Shown: in pieces, positions 1 to 8,440 of the stretch | Position numbering within the stretch: the first letter of the stretch is position 1 | Layout: each line of letters opens with the position of its first letter | Assembly (NCBI GenBank): GCA_030691385.1 | Contig: JAUYEI010000014.1 | Span: forward strand, 8,908-72,907 | Length of the DNA stretch: 64,000 nt | From: Azonexus sp. | GTDB taxonomy: Bacteria; Pseudomonadota; Gammaproteobacteria; Burkholderiales; Rhodocyclaceae | Direction of reading: 5' to 3' | Translations under genes and position numbers: made by a program | Notes under the pieces: model-generated | Databases searched by the model: none | Seen by the model: the letters and a program-made list of their open reading frames with translations, nothing else | Told to the model about the DNA's origin: nothing

Positions 1-2
1 CT

Positions 3-1166
3 TGCCAGCAGTGTGGTAACAAATGCCAGCACGAGCGAGTCTGCTATCAACGCAGGGGTGACTAGAACTCCCGCAGTAAAACCAGTGTCCATACCAGGAG
101 GAGGGGGCATGGGGATTCCAATCGCAGAAAGGATTACGCTAAGGATGTATCCAGTGGTGGCGCCCAACAAGCCTCCAATAACTCCGACAGTTACTCCTTC
201 GATAATAAATAGTCGAAGCACGCCATCTGTTCTGGTCCCCATTGCCAGCATTGTTCCGATTTCGGTTGTTCGCTCCAGGACACTCATTGTCTGGGTGTTG
301 GAAATTGTCAGAATGATGATCAACCCAATAATGAGCTTCATGAACTCGGTTTGTTTGCTGAACAGGCTAACTGTTTTGTTATAGAAATCGGCCATGTCGA
401 ACCACGGAACAACTTGGAAATGATCGGCAGATAGGTTGTTTTTGAGATCATCGACGGTATGCTTGGTGTTGCTTGTCTCTTTCAATAACAGTACCCAGGA
501 TGTTGCTCCAGTTACCCGCATCAGTTTCCGTGACGGTGTAAGCGGTAGTCTAAGTGCAGTATCGTCAAATTCCTTTGAGGCAGTGAAGAACGTTCCAACG
601 ACAGTAACTTCTACGGCGCTGGGAGCACCTTCTGCCGTCGTGGCAAATAAAACAACGTTGTCGCCGATGGTGACCCCAAGAGTTTTTGCCAAGCCCTCAC
701 CCAAAATCACGGTTCGTTCGTTGATTCCCGCCAGGTTGGAACCCTCGCGGATATGGATTTGATCGGATATGCGGGCTTCCTTCTCAGGATCCACGCCTTC
801 ACCGATAAAGATCGCCGTGGTGTCGCCATGGCTGATTAGGCCACTAAAAGCCAATCTTTCTGTCATTGAAACTACTATGGGTCTCTCAGAAATTGTCTTT
901 TGCTCGAGGGAGTTCGCGGGAAGAAGGAAACGGTACGGGTCGGCAATTCCCTTTTCGAGATATCCCGGACGAACAATCTGGATGTGTCCCAGTTGCGACC
1001 GTATGGTTGATTCACGCATGTTTTCGAAAATCCATTCGATAAAACCACCGGCAAGAAGGAAAGCAATTAATCCGGCGGCAACTGTGAGCACTGCCACAGC
1101 CGTTCTACCGCGATGGCGCTGCAGGTTTCTCAGGGCGATCTGAAAGTCAGTTTTTAACTGGAGCAT
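3..1166 (-). CDS. FtsX/LolE/MacB-family ABC transporter permease (partial, runs off left edge; not in ORF track)
   Basis: Manual translation from ATG at 1166: MLQLKTDFQIALRNLQRHRGRTAVAVLTVAAGLIAFLLAGGFIEWIFENMRESTIRSQLGHIQI..., typical 'ALRNL.R...RT' start. Frame is still in hydrophobic TM sequence (ALIADSLVLAFVTTLLA) at the window edge. Confidence 0.85.
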   Translation of the reverse strand, partial: MLQLKTDFQIALRNLQRHRGRTAVAVLTVAAGLIAFLLAGGFIEWIFENMRESTIRSQLGHIQIVRPGYLEKGIADPYRFLLPANSLEQKTISERPIVVSMTERLAFSGLISHGDTTAIFIGEGVDPEKEARISDQIHIREGSNLAGINERTVILGEGLAKTLGVTIGDNVVLFATTAEGAPSAVEVTVVGTFFTASKEFDDTALRLPLTPSRKLMRVTGATSWVLLLKETSNTKHTVDDLKNNLSADHFQVVPWFDMADFYNKTVSLFSKQTEFMKLIIGLIIILTISNTQTMSVLERTTEIGTMLAMGTRTDGVLRLFIIEGVTVGVIGGLLGATTGYILSVILSAIGIPMPPPPGMDTGFTAGVLVTPALIADSLVLAFVTTLLA

Positions 1167-1243
1167 TGGTTTGAATGGCAGTGTGATGTAATGTTGTGCA
1201 GACCATTGTAATACTGATTCCTTAGGACGAAAGGAGGCTGGCA

Positions 1244-2122
1244 ATGTTTGATTACGAAGCTGCGTTTTCCAGGAATATAGGGTGGGTGACTGAGAAAGAA
1301 CAGGCACGATTGCGTGAGTCGTGTGTTGCTATTGGCGGCATGGGCGGTGTAGGAGGCATTCACCTGCTGACCTTGGCGCGGCTAGGTATCGGTCGCTTCA
1401 GAATCTCGGAGTTTGATGAGTTCGAGATAGTCAATTTCAACCGCCAAGTCGGGGCTACGGTCAGTACTATTGGGCGTAAGAAGATTGACGTTCTGAAAGA
1501 GATGGCCTTAGACATTAATCCGGAGATTGAAATTGAACTCTTCCCGAATGGGGTTCAACCAGACAACGTTAGCGTATTTCTCAAGGGTGTTGACCTCTAC
1601 GTTGACGGGTTGGATTTTTTTGCGTTCGGTGCTCGACGTTTGACTTTCTCTGCTTGTGAAGCCAATGGAATTCCAGTTGTCACCGTCGCGCCCTTGGGGC
1701 TTGGTGCAGCAACGCTCGTATTTGCACAAGGTGGAATGTCTTTCGAAGATTATTTCGGCTTTGAGGGATGCGATGAAATGGAGATGGCAATCCGATTTCT
1801 TGTTGGTTTATCGCCCGCAATGCTTCAACGTGGTTACGTTGCCGATATGAGTCGGGTCAACCTGGCCGAACGACGGGGCCCGTCGAGTATTGCCGCCTGT
1901 CAACTATGTGCCGGGGTTGCTGCTGTTGAAACAATGAAGCTACTGCTCGGTCGGGGAGGTGTAAGGCTAGCCCCCTGGGGAAGCCAGTTTGATGCATATC
2001 GCATGCGGTATGTCCGCACCTGGCGTCCTGGTGGGTATCGGAATCCGCTACAGCGCCTGATGCGGAGTTTGGTTCGTCGGCAGTTGGCGCTGATGGCAAG
2101 GAAAACTGACAATGACTCGTGA
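1244..2122 (+). CDS. ThiF/MoeB-family adenylyltransferase (TyzB / OxzB N-domain-like)
   Basis: GGMGGVGG nucleotide-binding loop, EFDEFEIVNFNRQ and GRKKID motifs, no CxxC Zn sites. GGAGG RBS upstream. Confidence 0.85.
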   Translation: MFDYEAAFSRNIGWVTEKEQARLRESCVAIGGMGGVGGIHLLTLARLGIGRFRISEFDEFEIVNFNRQVGATVSTIGRKKIDVLKEMALDINPEIEIELFPNGVQPDNVSVFLKGVDLYVDGLDFFAFGARRLTFSACEANGIPVVTVAPLGLGAATLVFAQGGMSFEDYFGFEGCDEMEMAIRFLVGLSPAMLQRGYVADMSRVNLAERRGPSSIAACQLCAGVAAVETMKLLLGRGGVRLAPWGSQFDAYRMRYVRTWRPGGYRNPLQRLMRSLVRRQLALMARKTDNDS

Positions 2123-3185
2123 CGTGCTGATAAAAATTCTCGACCTGGTTCGTTGGGCGCCGAGTGGTGACAACACGCAGCCGTGGCAATTTGAAATCGT
2201 GGCAGACGATCATATTGCAGTACACGGTTTTGATACCAGGGAGCATGTCCTTTACGATTTTGATGGGCATCCGAGCCAGATGGCTCACGGTGCACTCATT
2301 GAAACATTGCGAATTGCGGCGAGTGGATTTCAGCTTGCGAGCGAGTGGCATGTGCGATCAGGATCTCCAGATAACGCTCCTGTTTATGATGTTCTATTGA
2401 GGAGCGCGCCGGATTTGTTGGCTGATCCGTTGCTGCCGTATATTGAAAAGCGTGTAGTCCAACGTCGTCCCATGCGTATGACACCACTCACTTCGGAACA
2501 GCGTAACAGTCTTTCACTGGCCACCGGCGGCAATTATTCCGTCCAGTTTTTCGAGAAGACGAGTGATCGGATCAAGGTGGCAAGATTGCTTTGGGATAAT
2601 GCATATATTCGTCTGACTTGCCCGGAAGCCTTCCTGGTACATAGGGAGATCATTGAATGGGGGGCGCGCTTTAGTCATGATCGCTTGCCTGAAGAGGCAA
2701 TTGGTGTTGATCCAATGACGGCCAAACTCATGAAGTGGGTGATGCAAAGCTGGGGCAGGGTGGAATTCTTCAATCGCTACCTGATGGGAACGGTTGCGCC
2801 ACGCATCCAGCTTGATTTTGTCCCGGCTATTGCTTGCGCGGGGCATCTGTTGCTTAAGCCGCGTAAACCACTAAATTCTTTGCATGATTACGTTGAGGCC
2901 GGAATGGCGATGCAACGTCTTTGGCTGACGGCTACTTCGCTTGGCTTGCATCTGCAACCAGAGATGACACCCGTGATATTTCGCTGGTATGCCAAGGCTG
3001 GTCGAGAAATATCGGCCCACTCGAAGATAAACAAAAAAGTTGAATTGATGGCTTCACGCTTTGAGCGCTTGGTTGAGGCTTCAAGTGATCAGAGCTTTGC
3101 TTTCTTTTGTCGAATTGGCCAATCGGTTCCCCCGAAATCCCGGTCTTTACGCAAGAGCCTGAGCCAACTGCTCGTTAGTAAATAG
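2112..3185 (+). CDS. Nitroreductase-superfamily protein (TyzC / OxzB C-domain-like)
   Basis: WAPSGDNTQPW N-terminal motif and AGMAMQRLWLTATSLGLHLQP second nitroreductase motif. Overlaps the ThiF gene by 11 nt. Confidence 0.8.
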   Translation: MTRDVLIKILDLVRWAPSGDNTQPWQFEIVADDHIAVHGFDTREHVLYDFDGHPSQMAHGALIETLRIAASGFQLASEWHVRSGSPDNAPVYDVLLRSAPDLLADPLLPYIEKRVVQRRPMRMTPLTSEQRNSLSLATGGNYSVQFFEKTSDRIKVARLLWDNAYIRLTCPEAFLVHREIIEWGARFSHDRLPEEAIGVDPMTAKLMKWVMQSWGRVEFFNRYLMGTVAPRIQLDFVPAIACAGHLLLKPRKPLNSLHDYVEAGMAMQRLWLTATSLGLHLQPEMTPVIFRWYAKAGREISAHSKINKKVELMASRFERLVEASSDQSFAFFCRIGQSVPPKSRSLRKSLSQLLVSK

Positions 3186-3209
3186 GTTTTGCATCATCAA
3201 CAATGACAA

Positions 3210-3240
3210 TAAAAAAGCCGCCCGAAGGCGGCTTTACTTT
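3210..3240 (-). terminator. Intrinsic terminator between converging nitroreductase and PEP-CTERM genes
   Basis: AAAGCCGCC-cgaa-GGCGGCTTT hairpin (3214-3235) with an A-run on the left (U-tail on the minus strand) and a T-rich right side. Confidence 0.8.
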
Positions 3241-3251
3241 TAGAGCAAGTA

Positions 3252-4049
3252 TTATTTGGCAGAACGGCGACGGCGGAGAGCACCAACGCCGAGCAAACCC
3301 AAGCCAACCAGAGCCAGAGAAGCGGGTTCAGGAACAACGGTGACTTGGTTGATGGTCAAGTCAAGTGCAACTTTGCTGCCAGTCGGGTCAATAATGGCCT
3401 GCAATGCGCCAAGATTTCCCCAATCAACCGCGCCGCCAGCGCCACAGGTGACGACAACGCCCGGAAGGCTGAACGTGTTGGTACAGTCAAGGAAGCCCAG
3501 CAGCGGAAGAAGACTTGATACGCCATTCGGAAGTACGGCGGGATTTACTTCGTGAGCGATCAAAGATACCTTGGACCATTGGGTGCTTGAGGTAAAGGCA
3601 CCGAGTTCAAAACCAAAATCGCCATCGGAAAAAATGGTCTTCAGCTCAATAAAAGTTCCGAAAGGATTGAACGATGCACCAAGTCCGAATATCGTCGGAT
3701 CCGAGAAAGACATTGCTGCGGTAGAGCCATCCCAACGAACCAAACCACGGCCGCCAGTCAGCGACTCAGTGCTGAACGACAGCGCGCCACCGGCAACTTG
3801 AATGCTGGCGGAACCACCAGGGTTAAACGGATCTTGATTCAGCACTTCGACACCAATGTCGCGATATCCGCCGATGATATCCGTGCCACCAGTCGCCACT
3901 TGAGAGAACAAAGCGTTACCATCAACGACGGTATCGGTGAGTTTGGCTTGTGAGGTGCTAAACAGGTCGATCGTGCTGATCAACGCTGCGTTTGCAGCGG
4001 AACTGAACGACAGTGCGACTACTGCTGCCGCGATAAGAGTTTTTTTCAT
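3252..4049 (-). CDS. PEP-CTERM sorting domain-containing secreted protein
   Basis: Signal peptide MKKTLIAAAVVALSFSSAANA (ATG 4049, GGAG RBS). C-terminus VPEPASLALVGLGLLGVGALRRRRSAK = PEP motif + TM helix + basic tail. Confidence 0.95.
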   Translation of the reverse strand: MKKTLIAAAVVALSFSSAANAALISTIDLFSTSQAKLTDTVVDGNALFSQVATGGTDIIGGYRDIGVEVLNQDPFNPGGSASIQVAGGALSFSTESLTGGRGLVRWDGSTAAMSFSDPTIFGLGASFNPFGTFIELKTIFSDGDFGFELGAFTSSTQWSKVSLIAHEVNPAVLPNGVSSLLPLLGFLDCTNTFSLPGVVVTCGAGGAVDWGNLGALQAIIDPTGSKVALDLTINQVTVVPEPASLALVGLGLLGVGALRRRRSAK

Positions 4050-4109
4050 GAGGATTCTCCGATGTGTCTGGATGGAAATTACAGTGTTTGAACTTACGCA
4101 GTGATCTAA

Positions 4110-4125
4110 AGCGATATGCGTGCCA
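4110..4125 (-). promoter_or_regulatory. sigma54 (-24/-12) promoter of the PEP-CTERM gene
   Basis: Minus strand TGGCACGCATATCGCT = GG-N10-GC, close to consensus TGGCAC-N5-TTGCW. Confidence 0.75.
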
Positions 4126-4200
4126 GCATGATAAAAACCTTTATTAGTCAGTTGGTAACGTTTTTTTTCTTCCTGCATGAGCGCTATCAAAAACAGCCCG

Positions 4201-4217
4201 TGTAAAACATTCCGACA
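4201..4217. promoter_or_regulatory. Upstream activator site (PEP-box-like, TGT-N11-ACA) for a sigma54 activator
   Basis: TGTAAAACATTCCGACA about 110 bp upstream of the inferred TSS. PEP-CTERM genes are known to carry such boxes with sigma54 sites (PrsR-type activator). Confidence 0.6.
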
Positions 4218-4257
4218 GTATTTTCTTCACCGGGCATTTCTGCGTCGCAAACGAAAC

Positions 4258-4962
4258 TCAAACAGATTTTGCGGCATTCTCTGGAAGCTGAGCGCTTGGC
4301 GCCGTTCTTCCAATCAATTTGGCCGGAATGCCACCCCATATTTCACCCGGGCCTATTTGGGTGCCTTTTGTTACTACAGCTCCGGTGGAAACAATAGCGC
4401 CATCGCCGATCGTCACGCCAGAAAGCACCGTTGCGCCAGCACCTATCGTTACATTGTTCCCCAATTGAATGGGGTAATGCGCCAGCTTTTTTCCCTCGAT
4501 CACGTGTGGAACAAGCAAAGCATACTGGCCAACAATACTATTTCTGCCAATTTCGACAAATTGCGCGTCGAGAATAATGCCTGAGCTATAGGTGTTAGCG
4601 CCAAGTTTTGCGCCCAAGCCCAGATACACCAATCGCATGATGGGCACGGGAACGAAGCCACTCCGCAGAATTGGGTAGAAAAGGATCAGATAAAACAAGA
4701 GGTAAACGTGGTAGACAAACTCCTGTTGAGATTCTTCCGGGATATCTCCGATGCGCAGTGGGAAGAACAACAGAAAGGCCCTGAAAAAAAATAAAGCGAA
4801 GGAGTAGATCAGAAGCCCGGAAAAAAAAACCACGGCTATTTCGTGGTATCCACCCAGCGGAATCAGCCTCGCCAACAGCAAGGCTAGGCCTATCCCCATG
4901 CTAACGGCCAGTGTCAGCAGCAGTGAAAACACAACTATCTGCCAACTGTTAATTTTTCTCAT
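4258..4962 (-). CDS. Membrane-anchored left-handed beta-helix (hexapeptide repeat) acyltransferase
   Basis: Three N-terminal hydrophobic segments, then hexapeptide repeats (IQLGNNVTIGAGATVLSGVTIGDGAIVSTGAVVT) ending in WGGIPAKLI. Confidence 0.8.
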   Translation of the reverse strand: MRKINSWQIVVFSLLLTLAVSMGIGLALLLARLIPLGGYHEIAVVFFSGLLIYSFALFFFRAFLLFFPLRIGDIPEESQQEFVYHVYLLFYLILFYPILRSGFVPVPIMRLVYLGLGAKLGANTYSSGIILDAQFVEIGRNSIVGQYALLVPHVIEGKKLAHYPIQLGNNVTIGAGATVLSGVTIGDGAIVSTGAVVTKGTQIGPGEIWGGIPAKLIGRTAPSAQLPENAAKSV

Positions 4963-5000
4963 CAAATAATCCTTGCACTCAAACGATTTTCAAAGACCCG

Positions 5001-6221
5001 TTATGTGTTGCTGAAGCTGTTTTTATCGTATTCGGCAATTATATGATGAGACAATGGGTGCAAGCCGCCAACCTGTCCTGGATTGCCAGCCAATTCCTCG
5101 GCGCGAGCCGCGTATTTCGGGTCGCCCGTGAGTAATTTGATGGCTTGCCGTAACTGGGTTGGGTGGGCACGGTCGGCACGAATCATTAGCCCGGCCCCAA
5201 AGGTTACGATAGCTTCCATATTGAGAAACTGATCCATGTTTTGGGCAATTCCCAAGACAGGTACTCCGCAGCTTAACGCCTGGTTGGTAGTCGGGCTTCC
5301 GCCGTTACAGATGACCAGGTTTGCGTGCTGGCAAACGACCGATCCTGGCAAGTAGTCGAAAATCTGCGTGGTTGGGCGCTTTGGTTTCAGTTGTAGAGGC
5401 TTTCCTGCCGTCGCTATAACTATCCTGCTTCCGGACTGCTCCAGGATAGGCACGATGCTCTCGATAATTTGTGGATTGCCGGAACTGCCCATGGTGATAT
5501 ATGTCAGTGGTCCGTTGCCTGAGAGGTAGTCCAAGTCCGCATCGAAATCGGGCGACCAGGCGATCGGGCCAATGAAGTCGGCACCTTTATGTGCCGATAC
5601 CTCAGGGAATAATGCTGGGAAGTTGGCAAACAATCGCAGGTCGGCGTCGGTGTAGCAGCGACGCAGGTCATAACCCAGCGAGGGTTGACCGAATTTTTTC
5701 CGTAGCCGTTCAAGTGGCAAGGCGTGCAGGTGGAATGCGAAGGGGGCTATTCGGCGAAAAATGAATTCGGCCAAATGGATTGGCGCGTAGCGGGTGAATT
5801 TAAAAACAGGCAGTGGTGGGCGTAGTGGTCTTTCCGGGCTCCAGTATGCATCGCAGATAGCGATGTAGGGGATTGACCGCAGACGAGCGCTTACTGACAG
5901 CGAGAGTCGAAAGTCGCCGATGACGACGTCAGGCTTTATTTGATCGATTAGGGAGAGATCTTCGTCCACATAACGGCAGAGCGTTGAGAAGTCATATAAG
6001 GGGGAGCCATGTGCCAGTTTTTGGGCAAATATCTTTGCGTCCTGACATTCGAGTCCGAGAACCGGGAAGGGCAGTCCTGCCGTGAGTTTTGAGAATGCTT
6101 CGGGGCGGCAAAGGGTGACATCAAACTGAGTTGCATCCAATTCTTTGGCCAGCATCAAGGGCCGTGCAACGTGGGCAAGGGTGGCTCCTTCGGCAAAGAA
6201 AAGCACTTTTAGCTTGTTCAA
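5001..6221 (-). CDS. GT1/MGT-like glycosyltransferase (GT-B fold); start approximate
   Basis: N-terminal FFAEGATLAHVARP, C-terminal YITMGSSG and ICNGGSPTT...GVPVLGIAQNMDQ motifs. TTG 6221 chosen to avoid overlap with the upstream gene. Confidence 0.8.
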   Translation of the reverse strand: MNKLKVLFFAEGATLAHVARPLMLAKELDATQFDVTLCRPEAFSKLTAGLPFPVLGLECQDAKIFAQKLAHGSPLYDFSTLCRYVDEDLSLIDQIKPDVVIGDFRLSLSVSARLRSIPYIAICDAYWSPERPLRPPLPVFKFTRYAPIHLAEFIFRRIAPFAFHLHALPLERLRKKFGQPSLGYDLRRCYTDADLRLFANFPALFPEVSAHKGADFIGPIAWSPDFDADLDYLSGNGPLTYITMGSSGNPQIIESIVPILEQSGSRIVIATAGKPLQLKPKRPTTQIFDYLPGSVVCQHANLVICNGGSPTTNQALSCGVPVLGIAQNMDQFLNMEAIVTFGAGLMIRADRAHPTQLRQAIKLLTGDPKYAARAEELAGNPGQVGGLHPLSHHIIAEYDKNSFSNT

Positions 6222-6270
6222 TGGGATACCCGTGACCTGTTTTGGGGGCGGTGAGCACCCATAAGCCAAG

Positions 6271-7608
6271 TTAAAAACTGTAGCGGACCTCTGAATAGAC
6301 GCGATCCTGCTGGTCATATCTTCCAAACAGGCCAGTTGGAGGCCCCTTGAAGATATCAGTGCCAATCAACAGGCGCCAATTGCGTTCAAAGTTCCAGGTC
6401 AAACGTGGGCGCAGTAGCCAATCATTCCGGTTCAGGCTGGAAATGAAAATGGCTTGGGCTTCCCAGTTGTTGATGAATTTACTGTTGAATAGAAGGCTGT
6501 AGCCGTTTTCTTCCTTGTCCGGAATCTGGGTGGCGTTGTAGTTGGAATAACGACGCTGGAATAGCTGAACATTGAAACGACTTTCAGCTGGAAGGGTGAA
6601 ATCGAGGCCGACGGCCCAGTCGAGTGTATTTTGTCGAACGACACCATCACTGTCGGCAAGGTCCAGTACGCTGAAGCTGCGGCCTGTCGTATATACGCCT
6701 TCGGCCTTCAAGACCACGTCTCCGAAGTCCTTGGACAGCGTGCTCCCGTATTGATGGATACGGTCGTGGCGCGCTTGATAGACGACTGTCGGGCCATCGA
6801 ATTGGCGGTAGAAGGTTGGGCTGATATCTGTGCTGCGGTAGTAGAAGCCTGAAATGTCCCAGCCATTTTTCAGGGTTGAGAGGCGTAGACCGTAGTTCAT
6901 GTTGTCGGCGTTACGCTCCGGTCTTGTTTCCGGGAGGTAGCGCACGTTGGGGGCTGCGGGCATTGGATAAAATCCCGAACCGGGTTTGCCGATGTTGTCG
7001 TAGGTGGCGACTGGAATCCATAGCAATTCGGCGTGGAAGTCGTTGGCAAAGTATTCAGCGCGGGCGGCCCATTGTGGAATGCGCATCTGGTCGAATTCGG
7101 GGAGAACGAATTCTCGGAGATCGCGGGCGGAGACGACATCGGCGAAGAACAGGCCGACCATTTCACCCCAGACGACGTGCTGTTTGCCGAAACGGAAGTC
7201 CCAGTTGCCAGTGCTGTAGTCAAGGTAGTTTTCGCGAAGTTCCACGTTGTAGCGTTGATTGCGTTCGACATCGGCAGGGTAGTAGTCGTTGATGCTGTAG
7301 GCCGCGTCGTAGCCCAAGCGTGCGCCCAACTTCCATTTGAGTCCTTCGCCCAGTTTGCCGGAGCTGCCGAGTTCAGCACGTGTGCGAAGTTTCGACCAGT
7401 GTTCTGGATTGCCAGTCGTCCGAGCGGCTTCAAACTGAAGAAAACCTTTAATTCCGGGGGAGGTGTCCTTGGCAGGCGCGGATACCGTTGGCAGGTCGTC
7501 GCCGAAAAGTGCATCGCGGCTCAATAAATTGTCGGCGGCGTTTGCCCCGAGTGCCAAGTAGCTGGCCGCTATGATGGTCAGGCGGTGGACGGTTTTTTGT
7601 GCAGTCAC
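6271..7608 (-). CDS. Outer-membrane beta-barrel protein (DUF1302-like)
   Basis: Signal peptide after GTG 7608 (AGGA RBS), LRENYLDY...RFGKQHVVWG motif, alternating beta-strand pattern, C-terminal YSF. Confidence 0.7.
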   Translation of the reverse strand: MTAQKTVHRLTIIAASYLALGANAADNLLSRDALFGDDLPTVSAPAKDTSPGIKGFLQFEAARTTGNPEHWSKLRTRAELGSSGKLGEGLKWKLGARLGYDAAYSINDYYPADVERNQRYNVELRENYLDYSTGNWDFRFGKQHVVWGEMVGLFFADVVSARDLREFVLPEFDQMRIPQWAARAEYFANDFHAELLWIPVATYDNIGKPGSGFYPMPAAPNVRYLPETRPERNADNMNYGLRLSTLKNGWDISGFYYRSTDISPTFYRQFDGPTVVYQARHDRIHQYGSTLSKDFGDVVLKAEGVYTTGRSFSVLDLADSDGVVRQNTLDWAVGLDFTLPAESRFNVQLFQRRYSNYNATQIPDKEENGYSLLFNSKFINNWEAQAIFISSLNRNDWLLRPRLTWNFERNWRLLIGTDIFKGPPTGLFGRYDQQDRVYSEVRYSF

Positions 7609-7636
7609 GGGGTATTCCTGTCTTGCGGTAAGGTAT

Positions 7637-8386
7637 TTATTCGTCGTCGGATTCGGGCAGTGCGCGAACACGCGCCAGGTTCCAGGTTTTGTCGGTTTCG
7701 TTGCGCACACCGAAGGCGGTGATGCAGCCATCTTCCATCTGGACCAGACGGTCAGCACGATCAATGACTTTCTGGTCGTGCGTCGAGAATATGAATGTGG
7801 TTTTCAGGTGGCGGTTGATCTTCTTCATCAGGCTGAGGATTTCGCGGCCGGTTGCCTTGTCGAGGTTGGCGGTTGGCTCATCGGCCAGGACGATGCTGGG
7901 CTTGATGGCCAGGGCGCGGGCAATGGCGACACGTTGGCGTTGTCCGCCGCTTAGCTGATTGGGGCGGTGGTTGGCAAATTGGCTGAGACCAACGATATCC
8001 AGGAAGTAGTCGACCCGCATTTTGCGTTCTTCGGCGGAAATATCGGTGCGACGGAGCAGGGGGTATTCGACGTTTTCCGCAGCAGAAAGAACTGGGAGCA
8101 GATTGAAGGTCTGAAAGATGAAGCCGATTGAGCGAGAGCGCAGATCGGCTAGTTCGTTGGCAGATTTTTCCGAGACGTCTTCATCGTTGATAAATATCTT
8201 GCCGCGAGTCGGTTTGTCGATGCAACCGATCAGGTTGAGCAGGGTGGTTTTGCCACTGCCGGATGGGCCGGAGATGGCGAGAAAGACGCCTGCATCAATG
8301 GACCATGTAATATCATTCAAGGCGTGGACGGTCTGTTCGCCGAGCTGGTAATCCTTGAAAACGTGTTCGATTCGGACAACGCTCAT
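7637..8386 (-). CDS. LolD/MacB-family ABC transporter ATP-binding protein
   Basis: GPSGSGKTT Walker A, LSGGQRQRVAIARAL signature, LADEPTANLD Walker B, STHD switch. Confidence 0.92.
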   Translation of the reverse strand: MSVVRIEHVFKDYQLGEQTVHALNDITWSIDAGVFLAISGPSGSGKTTLLNLIGCIDKPTRGKIFINDEDVSEKSANELADLRSRSIGFIFQTFNLLPVLSAAENVEYPLLRRTDISAEERKMRVDYFLDIVGLSQFANHRPNQLSGGQRQRVAIARALAIKPSIVLADEPTANLDKATGREILSLMKKINRHLKTTFIFSTHDQKVIDRADRLVQMEDGCITAFGVRNETDKTWNLARVRALPESDDE

Positions 8387-8440
8387 GACCGGTTTCTGCC
8401 GTCAGTATTTAGACCATCAGGATTGTGCGGGAGAGTATTC

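Noticed and set aside
1244-2122. ThiF as MoeB partner of moaE, or as a RiPP-modifying enzyme
   Set aside because: No Zn-binding Cys motifs, no MoaD/ThiS or precursor peptide nearby. Coupling to a nitroreductase fits the OxzB/TyzBC type better.
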